A stretch of DNA of 32,000 nt from Candidatus Saccharimonadota bacterium (GCA_041659445.1 JBAZYG010000002.1:30001-62000); one strand, 5' to 3'; shown: positions 8,241 through 16,054, numbered from the stretch's first letter. The notes: generated from the sequence alone by a model not told the origin. Numbers and translations are program-made.

Positions 8241-10982
8241 TCATTCAAAATTATTTTTTATTTTACCAATAAAAGAATCTCTCCAATTATTTTTATTACA
8301 AGCTCCATTGAAGCATCCTTTTGAACAAGAAATATAATTTTCAGACCTCAACAATCCTGCAGGATCCCCTAACTCTCCGCAATACCATTCTCTTAAAGTG
8401 TTCTTATTAACACAAGAATCCTGTTCTATTCTTAAAATATTTTCAGAATAATCTCTAAAAGTTAAATTACCTTTTGTAAAATAATTCTTTCCACCATCAC
8501 TATCTACACATGTTTGCATGGTTTCATAACAATTGTAATTTAAATTAGATGTATCAGAATCTGAAATATATCTTGCTAAAAGAGGGTTTGAATCATCACA
8601 ATCTCTTTTTTCATTACAGAATAAAGGGCAAGTAGCAGGTTGGTTTTGAGAAATTCCCCAATTACAAAATCCATCATTATCTTTATCTACACAATTAGGT
8701 AATTTTCCTCGCTGATTTGAGATGATTATTGCATGCTTAACAGGATCAGCAGCTAAACCCGGAACAGATCTATAAGCATCATTATCTATTTCTATATAAG
8801 CATATCCTTCCCCGCCTCCGACCCAATCTTCACCATAACTATTTTTAAAAATCCACACCACACTTTCTTCTTTATCTTCCCATCCAACAAGAGCCATTGC
8901 ATGAGTCCAAGGGTAGTATGCTCCCGCAACCACCCCATAATTAATAATCATTTCTTTAAAATTATATTCTCTAGCACATTTATAAAATTCATTAAAATAT
9001 TCTTGCCCAATATACAAAACATATTCTGGATTGTCACATTTTTCACTACAATTTGAATTTTGACCCAAGTAAGGATAGCATTCTTCTTCACTAATTCCCT
9101 TCTGAGAAACATAATTTAAAGCATATTCTGAGATACCACCTTCACAATCTCCTCCATTAAAACAAGTAGAAACAAGTTCTTGTTCTGATAAATTTAAATT
9201 TAAATGCTCATTAAAGAAAAGATTTGTACTTGCCTCTATAGCTCCAACTGTTGCAAAAGCCCAGCAACTCCCACAAATATATCCTTGATGATTTAATCCT
9301 GTAACCCAATTTTCCCCATGCCTCTCTCTCCAATCAAAAGATTCTGGAAAAATAAAAGATTTTGAAGAAATAGATGTAGTCAAATTAAAGGTATTAGTTG
9401 ACTCGTTAAAAGAGTAATTTATGTTCCCGAATTCAAAACCAATATAAATTTTCCCTTGAATTGTCTTTATAGTTATTAATTCCTCCAAACAAGAATTCAA
9501 ATTACTAAATTTCATAGAAAATGTACTATTATCTCTAATAAGCGAACTTCCCGGCACATTTATTTCATTAGGAAAAGCATAATTTTCAAATATTGAAACA
9601 TTATAACTTTCTCCAACAAAGCTCACATTAATTAATTCATTCACAAACTGGACATTTATATCTTGGGAATTATTTGAGTAATAAAGATAACTGTAATAGT
9701 TTATAGGATTCCCATTATAACTAACATTTAAAATGCTTGGTGCAAATTCCATCCTAAAATAGTCTTCATAAAGATAAATCCATAACCAACCAACCATATA
9801 TCCTTCTTTTGAAAAATTAAGCACATACGTTTCATGATTATTTCTCAACCCTTTAGTAAAATTAAATGAATACGGAATAATTCCCACAGAAAGAGGAGGG
9901 TTTGCCATATTTCGGTGAACTGAAACACTTGCTTCTGAAGGGTCGCTTGTAAAATTAAATTGAGTTGTTGGAAGTTTGGAAAGGTTATAGTTTGGGCTCA
10001 CATAATCTCTTATATTTAAATTTGTATTTTGCTCTTCTAAGAAAGGTTTTATTTTATAAACTCCTCCAGAATAAAAGAAAAAATCATAAGGAATTCTTAA
10101 TATTGAATTTTCATATTGTAAATTTTTAAGTTCTCTATAAAGTTTTTTTGAGATTTCATTAGTATTAAAAGTAACAGATTTTTTATTTATCAAATTTGAG
10201 CTTTTAATTAAATTTAATTTAGTATTGTATCTTTGATTTCTTAATTGATTTTCAGTAAAATCCGTTCTTTTATTTTCAGAATTTTGAAAATAAATTTTAT
10301 CTAAATTTAAATTTGCATTCAAATATTCTACTCTTAATTCTTTTATCTTTTTAGGACTATCAAATAAACAGGTTTCTTCACAAAAATTATTAAAACTAAA
10401 AGTTTCTTGTTCAATAAAAACAAAATCACTTCCAAAAACTAACCATTCTAAACCACCCTCTTCTATAGCAACAACTCTTACAAAGCCAGAAGAAGAAAAA
10501 ACTTCTCCAGATCCAGAAATACTTATCGCAGAAACATCTTCTTCATGTGGATTGAAAATAATTTTTTCTATATTCTCTTTAGGAATTTGCTCATTTTCTA
10601 TTTGATTAAAAATTAAATCATAGGAAAATTTTTTATTTAAATTTTCATTAGAAGCAAGAGTATTCTTTTTAATTGAATAAATATTTAAAAGGGAATTATC
10701 AAAAGTTCTTGTTTCAGAAGAAAAAGCAGAACTAGTTAAGGTAGTTTTTTCTTCCAATAAATTAATCTCAATTTCTTTAATCTCTTCTTGTTTTCCTTCT
10801 GTTTTTAAAATTTCAGAAGTAACTTCTTTTTCATCTTCTAAAAACAATGAATAACTCTTATCCCCAATAGATTTATCAGAAATTACTTTTCCTGTTTTAA
10901 TAGAAAAACCTAAAATTAAAACTAAAAAAATGAGCAATAAAAGTAATATAAAAAACAAACATTGAAGTATCTTTTTGTGCAT
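8241..10982 (-). CDS. Secreted or membrane-anchored multidomain papain-like (C1 family) cysteine peptidase
   Basis: The N-terminal signal anchor is MHKKILQCLFFILLLLLIFLVLILGF. The C1 domain spans aa ~546-735. It carries the catalytic Cys in QGYICGSCWAF (Cys573, nt 9264-9266), His in WTHAMALVGW (His694) and Asn in KNSYGEDWVGGGEGYAYI. The C-terminal region has CVDKDNDGFC...DCDDSNP and a Cys module shared with the neighbouring gene. Confidence 0.8.
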   Translation of the reverse strand: MHKKILQCLFFILLLLLIFLVLILGFSIKTGKVISDKSIGDKSYSLFLEDEKEVTSEILKTEGKQEEIKEIEINLLEEKTTLTSSAFSSETRTFDNSLLNIYSIKKNTLASNENLNKKFSYDLIFNQIENEQIPKENIEKIIFNPHEEDVSAISISGSGEVFSSSGFVRVVAIEEGGLEWLVFGSDFVFIEQETFSFNNFCEETCLFDSPKKIKELRVEYLNANLNLDKIYFQNSENKRTDFTENQLRNQRYNTKLNLIKSSNLINKKSVTFNTNEISKKLYRELKNLQYENSILRIPYDFFFYSGGVYKIKPFLEEQNTNLNIRDYVSPNYNLSKLPTTQFNFTSDPSEASVSVHRNMANPPLSVGIIPYSFNFTKGLRNNHETYVLNFSKEGYMVGWLWIYLYEDYFRMEFAPSILNVSYNGNPINYYSYLYYSNNSQDINVQFVNELINVSFVGESYNVSIFENYAFPNEINVPGSSLIRDNSTFSMKFSNLNSCLEELITIKTIQGKIYIGFEFGNINYSFNESTNTFNLTTSISSKSFIFPESFDWRERHGENWVTGLNHQGYICGSCWAFATVGAIEASTNLFFNEHLNLNLSEQELVSTCFNGGDCEGGISEYALNYVSQKGISEEECYPYLGQNSNCSEKCDNPEYVLYIGQEYFNEFYKCAREYNFKEMIINYGVVAGAYYPWTHAMALVGWEDKEESVVWIFKNSYGEDWVGGGEGYAYIEIDNDAYRSVPGLAADPVKHAIIISNQRGKLPNCVDKDNDGFCNWGISQNQPATCPLFCNEKRDCDDSNPLLARYISDSDTSNLNYNCYETMQTCVDSDGGKNYFTKGNLTFRDYSENILRIEQDSCVNKNTLREWYCGELGDPAGLLRSENYISCSKGCFNGACNKNNWRDSFIGKIKNNFE

Positions 10983-11003
10983 TTATCCCTCAATCAAATA
11001 AAG

Positions 11004-11011
11004 ATTATAAA
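11004..11011 (-). promoter_or_regulatory. TATA-like box TTTATAAT, -22..-29 from ATG 10982
   Basis: Same spacing as the other boxes. A GAGGG lies 5-9 nt upstream of the ATG, so an SD-led internal start is an alternative. Confidence 0.35.
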
Positions 11012-11036
11012 TCTTTTCAATTATTACAATAAATTC

Positions 11037-13370
11037 TCACATTTTTCTTTTTTTGATTTCAGAATTCAACCATTTTTGCCATCTTGGAAAAACTTTATCA
11101 CTTAAAGGCAAACCAATTTCGCTAATAGTTTCATTAGAAAGTTTATGAAATTCATGATTTGAAAATTTATTAAATTCTGCTTCTAATAATTCAGGCATAT
11201 TATTCTTTTCAGATATTTCAACTATTTCTTTTTTTATTTTTGCCCTTAATAGGATATTGTCATAAACAGCGTCCCAATTTCCAGCCCAGCCTTTTACTTT
11301 TGAGGCAATTTCCTTAATAATTTCACTTTCACCGTTGATTAAATCATCACTAGGTTCTAAATCATCTTTTTCAACATTATAATTCATTAAATCCACAAAT
11401 CCTTTTTCAAGAATTGGATCTTTTTCCCAATGTTTTCGAACTTCTGAAATTTGTAATAGTCTTCTCCAAGATTGCAAACCATCAGCAGATTTTATTGGAT
11501 TAGCGACGGCAATTATATCTGTAGCTTTAAAACTTGTAACAGGAACTTCTAAATCATTTACAACTCTATCAAAAACACCATAAGGAGAAGCACCATGAAT
11601 TGTTCCTGCAACAACATTCGCTAATGCACCAACTCTCATTGCTTCATAAAGAGCTTTTGCCTCGACACTTCTAACTTCACCGACGATTAAGCAACTATCC
11701 CCTAATCTCAAACTTGTCCTAATTCCGTCGTCAGCAGAAACTTCTGACGTGGTTTTTAATAAAGCAGAACGAACTTTCATTCTCAAAATATTAAAATCTA
11801 ATTTTCTCATTGATTCAACAGGCAATTCCAAGGAATCCTCAACAGTAATTATTCTTGACTTTGGATTTATTTCTAACATCAAACTTCCTAACAAAGAAGT
11901 TTTACCAGAAGACCTTGTTCCTGCAACTAAAATAGTTCTTGCACCATCAATCATAAAACTTAACAAACCTGCAGCCAAAGGATTCAACATTTTATTTTGA
12001 ATAAACAAAGGAAGAGTCCAAGGACTTTCTCTATGTCTTCGAATAGAATATGCTAAACCATCAGGACTTAAAGGATTCTGAACAATTGCAATTCTCGCTC
12101 GAATTTTTCCAATTTCCAATTGAGTATCTAAAATAGGGTTTGCCTCGTCTAAAGGTCTTCCTGAAATCATTCTAAATTTTGCAGCCCAAGAATTTGCATC
12201 TTCAAAACTTGGTAAAATGTTTGTAGAACATTCATCATAAAGATTATGTCTAATATAAACAGGAACTTGTGAAATAGGAGCATTCAATGAAATATCTTGC
12301 AAATTTTTATCTTGAAGCAAAACTTCAATTAATCCAAAACCAATAGTATGTCTAACCAAAATATTTGCTAATTTATTTATTTCATTATAATCCAATTTAA
12401 TTTTTTTACTCTCTGCTAAATCTCGAATCAAATCTTTCGAAATATTAAAAAAAACCTGTCTTGTTCTTTCAGTGTCAGTAAATTCTTCTGCTTTAGGTTG
12501 ATGCTCAATTAAAACTCTTCTTGCTAAATTTAATAAATTATTTTGTTCTTCAGATAATGAATTTTCAGGAGGATTTAGATGATAAATTAATTTTGATTCA
12601 TCTTTTTTCTTAAAAATTGTTACTTCAGATACATCAAAATCTTCCATTGAAATAGTATATTGATCCATAATTTCTGCATCTAACGGAAAATCTGAAATGA
12701 GTCTCGTAAATGTGAAATTAGGAATAATATCTGCTCTGAAAATTTTAGAATAAATTTCTCTATTTCCTTTAGAATACCCTTCTAAATAAGGAACTGCTCT
12801 TTGAATTATTTTTGTTGATTTAATTAAATTAAAAATTTTATCAAGTAAAATTAAATAATTTCCTTGGTCTGACCTTTCAGTTCCAGAAATGTTTTCTAAT
12901 AGAATTTTTGCTTCAATTAAAAATTTTTTCAATTCAAAATATGCCCATATCGGATCTTTTTTCAAAAGATACAAAAAAGAAAATAAATCATTATATCTTC
13001 TAGAAAAATATTTTTCAGAAGTTCTTGCAATTTTTTCATGCGACAAAATTTTTTCTTGTTTTAAAAGATAAACATAAAGACTTGCAATTTCCAAAAGGCA
13101 AGAAGTTTCATAAAAATCATAATTATAATTTTTTTCCTGAACAAAAACAATTCTAGAAACATTTGAATTCTCAATTAAAGCATCAATTGTTCTTTCCATA
13201 ACTTCTGAAAATTCAGACAAGTTCGGTGAATAAGGAACATTCAAATAATTTATATACAAAACATCTTCAGCACCTTCTCTTCTAACCTCATAAAAATACG
13301 GTTTCGAATTCCTGTCAAATATCATAAATACTTTAAGTAAAATCAGTTTAAATGTTTTTACAAAATACAA
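11037..13370 (-). CDS. Type IV pilus/secretion ATPase (FlaI/PilB/GspE/VirB11 superfamily) with a long N-terminal extension
   Basis: Walker A is VAGTRSSGKTS (nt 11898-11921, verified by back-translation) and Walker B is RIITVEDSLEL. It also has LIVGEVRSVEAKALYEAMRVG and the His box GTIHGASP. The true start may be Met16 (ATG 13325), which has ATTTAAAC-like sequence at -22..-27. Confidence 0.85.
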   Translation of the reverse strand: MYFVKTFKLILLKVFMIFDRNSKPYFYEVRREGAEDVLYINYLNVPYSPNLSEFSEVMERTIDALIENSNVSRIVFVQEKNYNYDFYETSCLLEIASLYVYLLKQEKILSHEKIARTSEKYFSRRYNDLFSFLYLLKKDPIWAYFELKKFLIEAKILLENISGTERSDQGNYLILLDKIFNLIKSTKIIQRAVPYLEGYSKGNREIYSKIFRADIIPNFTFTRLISDFPLDAEIMDQYTISMEDFDVSEVTIFKKKDESKLIYHLNPPENSLSEEQNNLLNLARRVLIEHQPKAEEFTDTERTRQVFFNISKDLIRDLAESKKIKLDYNEINKLANILVRHTIGFGLIEVLLQDKNLQDISLNAPISQVPVYIRHNLYDECSTNILPSFEDANSWAAKFRMISGRPLDEANPILDTQLEIGKIRARIAIVQNPLSPDGLAYSIRRHRESPWTLPLFIQNKMLNPLAAGLLSFMIDGARTILVAGTRSSGKTSLLGSLMLEINPKSRIITVEDSLELPVESMRKLDFNILRMKVRSALLKTTSEVSADDGIRTSLRLGDSCLIVGEVRSVEAKALYEAMRVGALANVVAGTIHGASPYGVFDRVVNDLEVPVTSFKATDIIAVANPIKSADGLQSWRRLLQISEVRKHWEKDPILEKGFVDLMNYNVEKDDLEPSDDLINGESEIIKEIASKVKGWAGNWDAVYDNILLRAKIKKEIVEISEKNNMPELLEAEFNKFSNHEFHKLSNETISEIGLPLSDKVFPRWQKWLNSEIKKRKM

Positions 13371-13374
13371 AAAG

Positions 13375-13382
13375 ATTTAAAC
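13375..13382 (+). promoter_or_regulatory. TATA-like box ATTTAAAC, -28..-21 from ATG 13403
   Basis: It lies in the short divergent region between the ATPase and the plus-strand coiled-coil gene. Confidence 0.3.
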
Positions 13383-13402
13383 CAATTTATCCTTTTTAAA
13401 TA

Positions 13403-13750
13403 ATGGAAGAAGCTGATAACTCAGAAAATTTTTACTATCAAAATCCAACAACAACTTTAAGAGATTTGGAAGAAAGGCAGAGAATCTTAAAAGATAGATT
13501 ATTATTAATTGGACAAAATTTAATTGAATTAAAAGAAAAAAATTCAGAAGAAATAATTGAATTAAAAAAAGATATTGAAACAATTAAACAAAACCTTGAA
13601 AGATTGAAATCTTTTATTGAGACAATTTCTGGTGAATTTTCAGATTTTGCAAGAAAAGAAGATTTAGAAATTTTAAGAAAGCAAGCAAAAATTTTCCAAC
13701 CATTAGAATTCGCAACAAAAAAAGATTTGGAAAATTTTAAAAATAATTAA
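13403..13750 (+). CDS. Coiled-coil protein, function unknown
   Basis: A 115-aa ORF with heptad-like charged/Leu/Ile repeats (LRDLEERQRILKDRLLLIGQNLIELKEKNSEEIIELKKDIETIKQNLERLKSF). It is followed 1 nt later by the next ORF. Confidence 0.5.
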   Translation: MEEADNSENFYYQNPTTTLRDLEERQRILKDRLLLIGQNLIELKEKNSEEIIELKKDIETIKQNLERLKSFIETISGEFSDFARKEDLEILRKQAKIFQPLEFATKKDLENFKNN

Positions 13751-13751
13751 A

Positions 13752-14462
13752 ATGGCAATTTTAGAAAGAGTATTTCGTATGAAAAGTCAAGGAATTCCAG
13801 AAGACGAAATAATTAGAAGTCTTCAAAGTGAAGGAATTTCTCCAAAAGAAATAGTTGATGCTTTATCTCAATCTAAAATAAAACAAGCTGTTTCTTATGT
13901 TGATGAAGACAATGAAATGGAACCTTCAATGATGGGAAAAACTCTTTCAGAATATAAAGAACAACAAAATTATAAACCTCAAAATTCTTCATCTTATATG
14001 CCTCCACAAAACCCAGAAAATTCATATCAACCGCAAATGCCACCACAATATTCAAATCCATATTATGATTCTGAAGCAAACCAAACAGAAGAATATTATC
14101 CTCAAGAAAATAATAGTGCAGATTATGCTTATTCACAAAATTCAACAGATACTACAATTGAAATTGCTGAACAAGTATTTACAGAAAAAATAAAAAAAAT
14201 TCAAAAACAAATGAATGAATTATCTGAATTCAAATCAATTTTTGAAGTTAAAGTAGAAAACATTGAAGAAAGATTAAAAAGAATTGAAAAAATGTTTGAC
14301 CAAATGCAAATTTCAATAATTGAAAAAGTTGGGAATTATGGAAAAGGACTTGATAATTTAAAAAAAGAAATTGAAATGGTTGAAGATTCTGTTTCAAAAG
14401 TATTTGATAAAAAAATTAATTCTAAAGAAGAAACTACTAAAAGAAAAATTTCTAAAAAATAA
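13752..14462 (+). CDS. Hypothetical protein: small N-terminal helical domain, Q/P/N/Y-rich low-complexity linker, C-terminal coiled coil
   Basis: The N-terminus is RMKSQGIPEDEIIRSLQSEGISPKEIVDALSQS. The linker is YKPQNSSSYMPPQNPENSYQPQMPPQYSNPYYDSE. The C-terminal coiled coil resembles the preceding ORF. Confidence 0.5.
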   Translation: MAILERVFRMKSQGIPEDEIIRSLQSEGISPKEIVDALSQSKIKQAVSYVDEDNEMEPSMMGKTLSEYKEQQNYKPQNSSSYMPPQNPENSYQPQMPPQYSNPYYDSEANQTEEYYPQENNSADYAYSQNSTDTTIEIAEQVFTEKIKKIQKQMNELSEFKSIFEVKVENIEERLKRIEKMFDQMQISIIEKVGNYGKGLDNLKKEIEMVEDSVSKVFDKKINSKEETTKRKISKK

Positions 14463-15062
14463 TTAATCGTGTCTAGTTAAAGAAAATCTTGGTTCTGTAG
14501 GATTTTTTCTACCTGTTCCAGCAAGTATTCCAATTATTGCACCTAAAAATAAAACTACTCCTAAAACAGTTGGCCAATTATATCTTACCCAAGACCAAGC
14601 ATTATTTCCACCATACCATGAATAAGAATTTCCAAGACTACTTAAAACAACAATTACAACAGTTGCTAAAACAACAACAATCATCATTCCTCTAAACCAT
14701 CTAGCCATAGCAGTTTCATTTCCTTGCTTTGTCCATGCAAATAATCCAAATAAAATTATGAATCCTAAAATAATAGCTAAACCAACTCCTAATCTAGGAA
14801 AAATTTCTGCAAAAAATGTTGGAACAAAATCAAATTGCAAAGCCATTAAACCAACAGCAACTGCAATTATTGCACTTATCCCTTTACTATTAGTACCAAA
14901 AATATTTATTGTAGACAAAATTCCGAAGACTAATGCAAAAATTAACAAAAAAGGCAAAACATAACTAAAAACTCCTGCTTGTTGCCATTGAAAAAATAAA
15001 TTTCCAATTGCACCACCACCATAAGAAGAATAAAATGCTAATGTTACGAATGTTTCAAACAT
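14463..15062 (-). CDS. Polytopic membrane protein, paralogue A (PFLLxFxLVFG family, unnamed)
   Basis: A 199-aa protein with several TM segments. The motif FSYVLPFLLIFALVFGILSTINIFG...ISAIIAVAVGL is shared with 15175..15681. Confidence 0.6.
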   Translation of the reverse strand: MFETFVTLAFYSSYGGGAIGNLFFQWQQAGVFSYVLPFLLIFALVFGILSTINIFGTNSKGISAIIAVAVGLMALQFDFVPTFFAEIFPRLGVGLAIILGFIILFGLFAWTKQGNETAMARWFRGMMIVVVLATVVIVVLSSLGNSYSWYGGNNAWSWVRYNWPTVLGVVLFLGAIIGILAGTGRKNPTEPRFSLTRHD

Positions 15063-15083
15063 AAATTAATAAAAAGAATATTA

Positions 15084-15091
15084 TTTAAATA
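15084..15091 (-). promoter_or_regulatory. TATA-like box TATTTAAA, -22..-29 from ATG 15062
   Basis: The box sequence is identical to the one upstream of the PRC-barrel gene. Confidence 0.4.
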
Positions 15092-15174
15092 TGTTTCCAT
15101 AATTTAAAATTTTATTTTTACAGAGAGCTCACAAAAACCACCCGATCATTTTTAGTATTTAAAGATTATTATAC

Positions 15175-15681
15175 TTAACCAGCTTTTTTCTTTATTCCAA
15201 CTGCAGCGAGAATTGCACCAATAACTAAAACAATAATTATAATATTTCCCCAAACAGTTCCACTCCAAGCACTGTTAAATAAAAAATTAAATGAATTCGA
15301 CAACGCAGGAGTTATCCCACCTCCAAAACCAGTTGCCCAAATTACAGCTAAAACAATTGATAGGAATAAAATAATTCCTAAGAAAATTTTCATTTTACTT
15401 CCAAATTCAGCTTTGCCATTTACAAATCCCCATAATAATAAAGATACAAAAACTATTACTAAAGCAACAGCCAAAAATAAAACTAAATTACTTACAACAA
15501 TTTTTGGAAATACAACACTAACAAAAATCAAACCAATAACTAATGCAATTAATGCATCTAATTGTTTTTTCTCTTTTCCTAAAATTTCTAATTTTTGAAG
15601 GAGTCCAAAAACTAAGAAAAATACTAATAGAAAAGGGTAAAGAAAATCTGTTAGTATAGGATGTTGTAATATATTGCTCAT
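15175..15681 (-). CDS. Polytopic membrane protein, paralogue B
   Basis: It carries TDFLYPFLLVFFLVFGLLQKLEILG...LDALIALVIGL. It starts 16 nt downstream of the PRC-barrel gene and has no TATA of its own, so it is probably co-transcribed. Confidence 0.6.
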   Translation of the reverse strand: MSNILQHPILTDFLYPFLLVFFLVFGLLQKLEILGKEKKQLDALIALVIGLIFVSVVFPKIVVSNLVLFLAVALVIVFVSLLLWGFVNGKAEFGSKMKIFLGIILFLSIVLAVIWATGFGGGITPALSNSFNFLFNSAWSGTVWGNIIIIVLVIGAILAAVGIKKKAG

Positions 15682-15697
15682 TTTTAAGTTTAGGAAA

Positions 15698-15976
15698 TTA
15701 CATCAAATCTTCTGAAACTTCTTCAAAAGCATGTTCAGGACTTGGTAAAGCAGCCTTGCTTATTACAAAGACATCGCTGATTGCTTTAACAAATTGATGA
15801 GGGATTATAACGCCTCTTGCACCACCAATTACTGAAGCAACTGAACCACTAACTTTAATTCTCCATCCGTCAATCCTATTTTCAAATAGGTTCACTTCTT
15901 CTACTTCTCCAAAAAAGTCACCGTTGTCAGTGAATACCCTTAATCCGATAACTTCTGAGATTTTTCTTATTTTCAT
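15698..15976 (-). CDS. Small PRC-barrel domain protein
   Basis: The sequence SEVIGLRVFTDNGDFFGEVEEVNLFENRIDGWRIKV...GVIIPHQFVKAISDVFVISK fits the PRC-barrel pattern. The track ORF starts at 15991. Met6 (ATG 15976) is preferred because TATTTAAA lies at -22..-29 from it. Confidence 0.6.
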   Translation of the reverse strand: MKIRKISEVIGLRVFTDNGDFFGEVEEVNLFENRIDGWRIKVSGSVASVIGGARGVIIPHQFVKAISDVFVISKAALPSPEHAFEEVSEDLM

Positions 15977-15997
15977 GATAAAAATTATCATATGTTA

Positions 15998-16005
15998 TTT
16001 AAATA
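15998..16005 (-). promoter_or_regulatory. TATA-like box TATTTAAA for the PRC-barrel gene
   Basis: -22..-29 from ATG 15976. Confidence 0.4.
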
Positions 16006-16054
16006 GTTTTCCATACTAAAATGAAATATATCTTTGCTGCAAAATTTACAAATG

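Noticed and set aside
10983-10995. GAGGG 5-9 nt upstream of the protease ATG as a Shine-Dalgarno site.
   Set aside because: It is possible, but a TATA-like box at the recurrent -22..-29 spacing suggests a leaderless transcript, and I cannot distinguish the two from sequence alone. It is noted in the feature evidence only.
1-13370. Interpreting the cluster as an archaellum (motility) operon.
   Set aside because: No FlaH/ArlH (KaiC-like), FlaF/G or FlaC/D/E homologues and no archaellin-like conserved N-domain pattern are visible. The small proteins are heterogeneous in size. A pilus or secretion-type system fits better.
13377-13583. A 68-aa minus-strand ORF overlapping the start of the plus-strand coiled-coil gene.
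   Set aside because: The product is a Leu/Phe/Ile/Gln low-complexity string that mirrors the E/K/L-rich coiled-coil codons on the other strand. It also spans the divergent promoter region.
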